Positions 13,579 through 23,400 of a DNA stretch of 64,000 nucleotides are shown one piece after another. The stretch lies in the NCBI GenBank assembly GCA_015680685.1, contig MNCI01001925.1, positions 465,573 through 529,572 on the forward strand, given 5' to 3'. The stretch is from Gnetum montanum. Lineage: Eukaryota > Plantae > Gnetophyta. A program made the translations under genes and the position numbers. Each line of letters opens with the position of its first letter. The stretch's first letter is position 1. A model generated the notes under the pieces. The model saw nothing but the letters and a program-made list of their open reading frames with translations, had not been told where the DNA came from and did not search any database.

Positions 13579-15028
13579 TGTACTGTCTGAAATCATTGGT
13601 GCTGGAATAAAATATATGCTAAGAGATTTATAGATAGACACAGAAGACCCTACCTTCGCTTGAGGGTGAGCTAGAACTAACGAAGGTNTAAGACCCTACC
13701 TTCGCTTGAGGGTGAGCTAGAACTAACGAAGGTAGAGTACCTTGGGTGGTCTGAACACGGATCAGACAAAGATTTCCCCAAACATATGCCAATGCGCGAT
13801 ATGCTGGGTTATACGTAAATAGTATGAAAAATGTAAATCAGCATGTACAAATATAAACAAGAGATAAAAAAACAAAATGTGAATGAAAACTAGGACAAAT
13901 CTTGGCTGAAAATGTAGCAATACTATTGGATAATAAAAATTATAATGTACCAGTCTAGACGCAGTTGTGGATCTGACACAAGGCCGATGAAGAGCCCCGA
14001 TGAATGCAAGGGTGTGATAGTGTGCTGGTTCAAACTGCAGGAATAGCGTAGAGGTTGTATGCTCAGTGTGCAGGGTCCAAGTCCAGTGTATAGGGTGGAT
14101 GTCGTGAATGTTCTTAATGTGGATTGCCCAGATTCTTGCCAAGATTTCCTCTAATTTTCCCACCCTTATCTGGTCAAAAATTCAGATTTTTGTACAAGTT
14201 TGGGCATTAAATTTGGATCTGAGATGGGATGATTGGTTGTGGGATGCTAGAATTTTGTATCCGGTGACAAATGGTTGTGTTTCCCAGGTGCAAAGAATGA
14301 AACTTTACAAGTGTGCAGCGTGATGCATGCCAACATGTGCTGCTGCAAGACAGCGTGTACATGTTGGCATGTGAATTCAGCATACAGACTTGACTAAAAC
14401 AAAAGAATTTATTTTTACAAACTACTATTACAAAAGGAAGTATCCAATTCTACCTTCAGATTTGGGCTTAGATATCACGAGAGTGCTTCTTGTAGATATT
14501 CTTGAACTTGATCTGACATGGTTCTACTGATGTCTTCTACTGATGTACATTGTGTTGCACGTTGGATGGTGCACGTCGAGCATACAGGATGTACATGCTC
14601 TATGTGTGAACCCCAAAGTGCATGATTTCAAGGTCAAAACCCAATTTTCTTGAGCCCATGATTGCACCTAACAATTGCTCTATCTCTGAGAGTTGACACC
14701 TTGTGACAATATTGCTCTGGAGTGCCTATTTTGGGTAATCTTTAAAGTCACAAAGTGGGCGTGCACATTGGAAGTGCACGCTAGGTGTGTACGTTGTGCG
14801 TGGACACTACATACTCAGTAAAACCAAGTATTTTGAGCTAAAAATGGCAAGTTTGATTCTGGACATCGTCGTAGTCTTCTATGGGTCCTAGGGAACCATT
14901 TCTTGCTCAGTTCAACTCCGTTTGAAGCTGTCTACGAGGTTTTCAAACTTTAGTCATGGTGGGGAGCATCATGACTTAGCTTGATTCTTGTCAGAGGAGT
15001 ACTAAGCTCAAAATTTGGTGGTGTTACA
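13579..15028 (-). repeat. 3' LTR of element B
   Basis: Closely colinear with 30281-31683 and followed by the PPT. Confidence 0.93.
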
Positions 15029-15045
15029 TTGGCCCCTCTTTGTTG
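15029..15045 (-). promoter_or_regulatory. Polypurine tract of element B
   Basis: Minus strand CAACAAAGAGGGGCCAA adjacent to the LTR. Confidence 0.85.
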
Positions 15046-16092
15046 ACGCTTGGAGGAATCAACTCGAGAAGCATCGACAAAGAAGTACAAAACACCACAA
15101 GCGACTTGGTAGAAACATCATCCTTTAACACTTGTCCAGATGTCATTGCACCATGTTTAGTAATACATGGGATTGGAAAAATGAAGTTCATAGCTGGATA
15201 GGGGAGATGGAAATTGTGAAGATTGGGAACTGATCAAGGAGTTATGCACAGTGAGGGGGATGCTCTGGTGTGTGTTCAGGTCATGTTGATCCTTGTCAGT
15301 AGCCATCGTTTAGCAGACTTGGGACCAAGACATGAGATGTACATCCTTTGGTAGAACAAGACTCTTGTTTAGTGTTTAAGAGGACTTGTTGGCATAACCA
15401 AAGCCATGATGATGATGTGTTGCATTCTTTGGAGGAACAAGGCCTCTGTTTAGAGTTAGAGGGAACTTGTTGGCGGAGAGCCAAAGCCACGCAATGAGAT
15501 GTTACTTGAGCATTTGAGACATGAATACTTGCTTCCAAGACAATTGCCTTCTCGCCTAGGGCTTGTATGGGAAGTGCCAAGGGTCTTTTTTTTTTGCTGA
15601 TAGAGCTTTGTTTTGATCTTGTACTCATTGCTCAAGTGCCACATTGTGTGTTGCAACTACTGAAAAGTGTTGTAATGCGCAATAGTATGCTCAATGTTTT
15701 GGAATGCCTTGGGTGTGTATGGGTATGACTAGCTAGAGTATGTTGAGGAATAGATGGGAAAGGTAACAAGAAATGTACTAGTGAATGACTTGATTAACCT
15801 GGTTATGTGTGTTAGGAATAATGTGATACCTTGCCTCTGTGATGAAGTGCATTCTCGTACGAACACCTCTGAGTGTCATCCTACAAACACAACTTCAAGA
15901 AGACAAGAAAACTATGAGTGAGTGAGTAAGATTAGACTTGAACAGCAACTGATGAAACAAGGGCACCAAATGAGATTTTAGGCACTGAGTGCGGATGGCA
16001 ACAAGGTTGTTGAGATCAACTAGTGATGAGTGTGGCAGCAGCTTTGATGAAATCTAAATGTAGCTATAGATCAAGAGACCAGAGATGAAGCT

Positions 16093-16404
16093 GCCATTTT
16101 ATAGTCATAGCAGACTATCATGGGTTAGTTTTACGTCAAAACCCATTGGATGGTACCAGTTTATTGTCGTAGCAAATGGTACACTACTAGTTTATGGTCC
16201 TGGCAGATTGTGAAGAGGTAAACCAGTTTATAGTCTTAGCAGGCTTTGGTGAACAAAATTGTGGATGGGCACTAGTTTATCATCATTACAGACAAACTGT
16301 GGTCTCAGTTTATCGTTGTAACGCCAGGATGAACAGTGGTATCAGTTTACCATCATGATTCCAGGACGAGCTGTGGTATCATTTTACCATCATGATTCTA
16401 GGAC
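16093..16404 (-). repeat. Hairpin-UAAACUAG array downstream of pol (B)
   Basis: Repeated ccagttta/ctagttta followed by gtc-N6-gac type stems. Confidence 0.8.
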
Positions 16405-16419
16405 AAGCGCATACCTAAG

Positions 16420-19400
16420 TTCATGTTCAAATGTAGAATGGTTTCAAGTACAAGTGGTTCATCGGATGTGAGAGTTCATTGCCATTCATATTGGTTAGTT
16501 TAAATGCTCCATTGTCAAATGCTTTGGTGACCATGTAGGGTCCTTCACAATTGGCTAAGAATTTATCTGGGAATTCCCAAACAACTTTGAGTACAAGGTC
16601 ACCTTCCTCGATTGGGCATTTATGGATATCGTGTCGATGGCGCCGTCATTGCTATTGTTGGTACCATTCAAGTTGATCGAGCGCACATGTGCATTCCTCC
16701 TCCACCGAGTCCAAGTTAACAATGTGCAAGTCATTGTTTTGATCTTCGTCGAGAAGTCCAAAGAGTGTAATCGCTAAGGATGGTACCAGAAACTCCAAAG
16801 GTAAAATAGCTTCTGAACTATAAACAAGACTATATGGCATTTTACCTATGGAAGTATGATNTTTCTGGTACCATCCTTAGCGATTACACTCTTTGGACTT
16901 CTCGACGAAGATCAAAACAATGACTTGCACATTGTTAACTTGGACTCGGTGGAGGAGGAATGCACATGTGCGCTCGATNTTGTCGTGGTTATGATAAAGC
17001 TATGTCCTGCAGAAGATAGGGGAGTTATCGGTCCAATAATGTCTAACCCCCATTTCTGGAAAGGCCAAGTGATTTGCACTGTATGCAGCTCATTTGGTCG
17101 AACATGTATTAGATTTCTATGTTTTTGATAGATACTGCATGTTTTCTCCTTGGAGAAACAATCGTACTCCATGTGCGTCCAATAATAATCCAAACACCTT
17201 ATTTTGATTGCCATTGCTTTGGGCACTATGTGCCCCCCCGCAAAGTCCTTCGTGTACTTGCTCCATGATGGTTTGGCCATCCGTGCTACTAACACATCTT
17301 AACAGGATACCTTCATAGGATTGACGACACAACATGTCACCTACCAATGCATACTATCAAGAAATTTTTTGTACTACATCCTTTTGTGCATTTGTTAGAT
17401 GTTGAGGCGGTTCACCATGTAAAAGGTACTTCTTTATGTTGTCGTACCATTCTACGGCCTGCATTGTACTAACAGATGCAATTGGTAATTCATCGGGATT
17501 ATCAGTTATAGGTTTAGTACAACTGATTATAGAGCTGGGCAACATGTGGAACATGTTTGGCAATATGTTCAAAGCTAATGTTGCAAGTGCATTTGCGATG
17601 GTGTTATTATTTCTAGAAACATGTTGCACGTCTATATTTTCAAATTACTTTAGTAAGTGCTTAGTCAAATCACAGTATGGTTGTAAGTATTGTGCTTTGT
17701 ATGTGTAAACATCTGTGACTTGATTTAGAACTAATTGTGAGTTACCTCTAATTACTAGTCATGTGATGTTTGAAGCTAGTGTTGCCATGAGACCTCTAAG
17801 GAGACCTTCGTACTCTTCTATGTTGTTGGTATAATGAAAGTTGAAATGGTAAGCAAAGGGTCAGATCTACCCGGAGGGATAGGTGATGATGGCAGCAACA
17901 CTTCCCCCTCAAGAGGTGGATGCTCCATCAAAGTTCAAAATGGCACCATAGTCATCAGGTACCGTGTCTATTGCGCTCACATTTACATCTAGGAACTCTG
18001 GCTTTATTGCTGCTCGATCATGCATTGGTGATGTAGTCATTTGATTTGTTATGGCCTGACCTTTAACTAATGATTGCGCTATGTAGTGTAGGTCAAACTC
18101 AGCTATCATGGCTTTCCAACTAGCTATTCTACTCGACTTGTAAATGTTTCCTATGATGGCTCTAAGTACATTATCCTTGCAAATTATATTGACTTGGTTA
18201 TGGAAGAGGTAATGTCACCATTTCTTTAAGGAAAATACAAGGGCTAAGCATGACCTTTCCACCTCGTTGTACTTCTTTTCATGGGCTACTAATGCATCGC
18301 TTAAGTAATAAACAGGGACTTCAGTTCCATCATCTCGTTTTTGGCAAAGCATGGATGCAATTGATGAGTCTGAAGTGGCAAGGTAGATGTAGAACGGTTT
18401 ATCATTTCGAGGTGGATAAATTGTGGGTAGTTGAACAAGCACTGTTTTAATGTTTTCAAATGCTTCCTGGCACTATGAAGTCCATTCAAAACCGATGCTC
18501 TTGCATAACAAGTGGTTCATAGGCTTCAACTTATCTGTCAGCTTTTCTATGAAACGCTTGATGAACTATAATCTACCTTGTAGCCCGCAAAGTTTGGTAA
18601 GGTTGGTAGGTGGTTTCAAGTTTGTTATGGCCTTAACTTTATCGGGGTCTACTCGTACCCCTGCTTCCGAGGCTATGAACCTGAGCATTTTGCCTATTTT
18701 GAATCCAAAGACACATTTCTTTGGGTTAAGTCTCAACTCATATTTTAAACAATATTTTAGTACCAAGTCAAGATCTTGTACGTGTTGTTCTGATGTCTTT
18801 GATTTAACCATGATATCATCTACATAGTCATTAAGCGAGTTGAAGATATAATCACTAAAGATAAATTTCATTGCTCTTTGGTATGTAGCACTGGCATTCT
18901 TGAGACCGAATGGCATCATTGTGTAGCAAAAATTACCCCTTGGTGTCATAAAGGTCATCCTAAGTTGATGCTCAGGGTTAATCCAAATTTGGTTATATCT
19001 TGAAAATCCATCCATAAAACATAATAAGGCATGTCCAGCGGTTGATTCAACTAGTTGATCAATGCTAGGTAGGGGGAAATCATCTTTTATGGTCGCAACG
19101 TTGAGGTCCCGGAAGTCAATGCATAGGTGAATACTTCCATTCTTCTTTGAGACAATGACCATGTTTGATACCTGGTCAGCATAGTCAACAGCCCGAATGA
19201 AACTAGCCTAATAAAGTTTGGTGATTTCATTACAAACTACCAATGCTACGTCGGGTTTAACCTTACATGCTTTTTATTTCACTGGTCTTAATTTTGGATC
19301 GAGTATAATGTTGTGTTGGACTATTCGAGGGTCTAACCCAGGCATGTCAGTGTAAGACCAAGAGAATTCTTTTATGTTGTTCTTAAGCACTTGTGTTATG

Positions 19401-19687
19401 TCATTAGCTAGTTGCAAGCTTAACAATGTACTTAGTTTTAGGATTTTAGCTTCGCCATCTGGGACGGTAATGGGGACTTTAGCTAAGGGTTCTTCGGTGA
19501 TGCTATCAGTTTCTAAGTCTAGAGTCTTGGTCATCATTTCAAAACAATCTATCATTCATTGATTTGATGCCACAAAAGTGTCATTTGTCATTGAGCCTAA
19601 ATCAATAGCCTCCATGTTGATTTCTTGGGTAATCGTTCTGTATGGTCCATTGATAGACAGTGGTAAGAATAATTGTTTGCTATCCAT
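16420..19687 (-). pseudogene. pol: pol of element B (RT-RH-aRH-INT), degenerate; integrase core interrupted by an assembly gap
   Basis: LCIDFRDLN, MDGFSRYNQI, MPFGLKNA, DYVDDIMV, LNPKKCVFG. RH: FYIYLATSDSSIASML. aRH: LNFDGAS. INT: VHEGLCGGAH, WPFQKWGLDIIGP, PYSLVYSSEAILPLE. Confidence 0.95.
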
Positions 19688-19827
19688 GATGTTTGCTCCT
19701 GCCAACAAACAGTGAGCAGCATTGATCAGGTGGTTGGTTATCTTCAAATGCAAGTAATCTATGCGTTTATGCATCTAAACTTGACTAAGGTATGCAATGG
19801 TAACTTATCATCGTATTCGGACGCTTG

Positions 19828-19901
19828 GCAGTTTAGGGCCTTACCAGGCTGTACCTATCACTAAGGTACTGATCATGGTAGTTTAAGGCCTTACTGGGCC
19901 G
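19828..19901 (-). repeat. Short hairpin-UAAAC array upstream of pol (B)
   Basis: gcagtttagggccttaccaggc and gtagtttaaggccttactgggcc. Confidence 0.7.
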
Positions 19902-20197
19902 TTGATTGTTCATTCATGATGTTTGGTTGATTGTATGATTTATAATCATTATTGAGTGTGAAACTGCTAGATACGGAGTTTACGCTAAAATGTTTAGTGT
20001 GGGAAACAGGAGTTTCTTTGCAAGAGAATATTGCATATGGGTAGTGTTCATCCCAATATATTATTTTTTTTTTGTTCTGTTCATTATCATTGCTTCTGCT
20101 TTGTTCTTATGTATTTACATATTCTTTGTATTTTGGTTAATTTTCAAATTAATTAAATAAATTATTTCAAGGTACCCCTAGCGTGTTTAACGCAAAG

Positions 20198-20400
20198 TAT
20201 ATAAACTGGAGTTAGCATGAACTGTGGGGTAGCCATAGTCAAGTAGTATAGGCAGGGGCAGGTGCAAGTACGGCATGGCGATGGAAACCAGGGTGACATA
20301 AATTGGGATGCGGCGAGTTGACAAAGAGTGTCTAGCTTGCAACTTCAAACCCCAGCGTGCGAGATTCGACATAAACGCAGTGTGCAAGGACAAAACCCTA
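20198..20400 (+). promoter_or_regulatory. Putative internal promoter of the antisense gene of B
   Basis: TATATAAA at 20198-20205 and telo-box AAACCCTA at 20393-20400, upstream of ATG 20417. CpG is relatively well retained locally. Confidence 0.45.
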
Positions 20401-20416
20401 GCATACAGGGCTTAGC

Positions 20417-23400
20417 ATGAACACCACAATGAACAAGGGCAAGCAAGTAGAAGGCCAGGCGAGGAAGGATCCTAGCTTGACCTTTGTCGAAGAGAGCGAG
20501 GCGATGCTCCAGTGTCTGCCTAGACCCAGGATTCCCTCATGGTCAGGGTCAATGTGTAGGTAGGCTCTTACACTTTTTCGTAATTTGTATTTTTATCTAC
20601 TATTCCAATCAATTTTCCCATTGCGTAGCGTAGATGTTTCCATAGCATAAGGTTTTTGCACTTGTTGTGTATGGTTAGTGTGGTCACACTCCAGCGTGTA
20701 GTATAGACGCTGAGTTTTCTAGCGTGTAGCGTCTAGCGTGTATGCTGAGTTTTCTAGTGTGCAGTGTATACACTGAGTTTTCCAGTGTGCAGCGTGTACA
20801 CTGAGTTTTCTAGCATGCAGCATGTATGCTGAGTTTTATGCTGGAATTTTCTTTTCTAAGTGTTGGCCCCTCAAGGTAGAACTTTATTTTTATGTGGCTT
20901 CTTCACCCTGTTTCTTGAATACATGTAGGGATCCCAAACCTTTCCTCTTGGTGGTCGAGCTTGTTGAAGTTTTGACGTGGTTTTTTCTAATTAATTCTGA
21001 CAAGCTAGTTCCTAATATGACAATTGATCGTAATGGGGTATGGTTCAGAGAAGGGGCCTGTGAATTCCTTGCCTTCATCTTAGACAAATTCAACGTGGTA
21101 ATATGATCGCATTTAAGTGAACAATTAGCATTGATTGTGCTCGAGACCATGTTACCAGGGTCTTCAAACGAAGTTGTGGCTTTCATGGTGGACATTGACG
21201 AGGGACCACTTACGATTGAGGATGGTCCCTCTAGGGGACCTAGATCTAGCCGTCCATTATTGCATGTGTGGGACTTATTGCCTCATGGGTCTCACCACAT
21301 CAATAACATCTTGTTCCTAGCTGCTCGTGTGCATACTTTGTTCTAGAACCCTCCTGGAATGATGTACTAAGTAGAAAGGTAAGTTTGTTCAATTTTCTGC
21401 CTTTTGCCTTGCTACTTAGTAGTGGTTTATATTCTGACCACCATCTCTTTGCAGGCCTCAGTTCAATAAAGAAGGAGCATGTGTAAGCAATGATGGGCTC
21501 CCTTTGGCTCGTGCCGCCTTGGAGGCCTTCATGGCGGGCCCCACTCTTCATGGTGCCATGTTGGCCAAGACTACGGGTGACATCGTTCATTTCCACAAAT
21601 GGTACTTGAGGGCACTTGCACAATGCAAGGCTAGGGGGTGGTTGCATGGGGATTGGTCTCATAATGGGCCAGTTTTCCCATGCAATGTTGATTTGGCTCC
21701 TAAAGATCTAAATACATCGACTGATTGTAAGTAATGGTATTTTTGACACCTCAGTTTGCTTGTTTTGCTACATCATTGGTTATGTTGACTCCCTGGGGTT
21801 ATCTTGTGCATACAGTCGATGCCCCATCTGGTGGAGCCACTATCCCAACCAAATAGACTGAGAGCACTCTATTCATGAAATTCAGGGAATTCAGTGATGC
21901 ACAGCGATGGTTATGTACAAAGGAATCATCACATATCATCAGTCGTTTGAGTGATGCGGGCCTCATGGATTTGTTTACTGCCCTAAGCCTTGATGTTTCC
22001 GTGATGGAGATGATTGGAATCATTTATTCTTTCGATGAGTCTATCACCTACTATAGCACTAGCATCAAGGGTATCAATGTGGTTTCCATCTATCGGAGGA
22101 GTCCTTTTCAGACTTCTTTAGTGTACTAGCAGCTGGGACTAAAGTGATTTTAGATAGGGCGTAGAGGGAAATCCATGTGGTTCATGAATTGGAGAACTAG
22201 TTGGGTGTCCTTAAGGGCTCTAAGGGGTTTCCTATGCAGGGGAAATCAAAAGTGGAAGAAGTTAATGAGTTATATCCTTTGTTCAGGGCACGGGTGTTTT
22301 CCAAGTCTCTGTCTCAAGTGAAAAGTTTTGGGGTAGAAACTGTGCACATCATGTGAACTATTTTAGAGACTGGGATATGCTATAACTGGGCCCAGTTTTT
22401 GCTTTTGGGTTTCCACAGGGAGAGAGTGAGGTTGCGTTCAAACATTGAGGCGTAATCTCATTTCACTTTTTCATTCTTTACTAGTTACTTGTGCCAACTG
22501 GCTGAATTTCTAGTTGTTCACAGGCATAACAGGTATGTGTTAAGGGATCACCACCAACTATCTCACCCGTGGATTCGCCACTTATTGGAGGTGGCTGAAT
22601 CTCAATATTCTCCTGAGGGGATTGACGAGTTGATTTTTGTCATGAAGGAGGGGTCATCTAGTTGGTCAATTCACACGCATGATAGGGTAGGGTTGGAACC
22701 AGATAATGTGCCCTACACTGCTAGGAGAGCCGATCGGGTTATCCAGGAAACAATCAAAAAAGGAAAGGCGAAAGTTCAGAAGCATGAACATCCTAAAGAG
22801 GTTGCTCTAACCATAGATGAACCAAGGGTGAAATGTATATGGTTTAAGATGCCTGTACGAGGTAAGCTTGATTCACTGATTTGTCCTTGTTTTTTTATTA
22901 TCACCATTATTTTTACTTTATTTTTTGATGGTTTATACAATGCCTAATGTTGAACCTATGAATGCCATTAGAGTTGACTTCTGGAGTAAGAACAGAGAGA
23001 TTAGCACCAATCATCAAGGAGGAAGAGGCCTCAATGAACTTAAACAAGGAGGATGAGGCGGGTAGGGATGAGACAGTAGGAATGAAAGATCGAGAGGGCG
23101 ATAATACAGAAAAGCATAACATTGATGATCAGGATGGAGTTGATGAGATGTTCGATGGTTTCTTCAGAGGGAGACTAGACCTTGGAGATCCTCTGAATCC
23201 AAAAGAGGATAGAGATTCCAGTATGTTCTTCATATCATGGCATTTGCCTTTTGAATTATGCTTTCCAACATTCTAAATTTTGATTTCATGCTTTTACTAC
23301 TACCAGGCGAAAATGTTGAGACCAGGACGTTTCCTAACATTCGTTTAAAAGTCCCTATGATGAAGGCCTCCATGGAAATGACCACCAAAGTTAACTCATC

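Noticed and set aside
13644-13735. Duplication of about 45 bp in the 3' LTR of B
   Set aside because: The junction contains an N (13688) and the duplication is absent from the 5' LTR; artefact.
16861-16979. Inverted copy of integrase sequence (about 16676-16792) giving ORF 16856-17128
   Set aside because: It is bounded by N on both sides, is an exact reverse complement of the adjacent sequence and replaces the missing integrase core. This is a scaffolding artefact.
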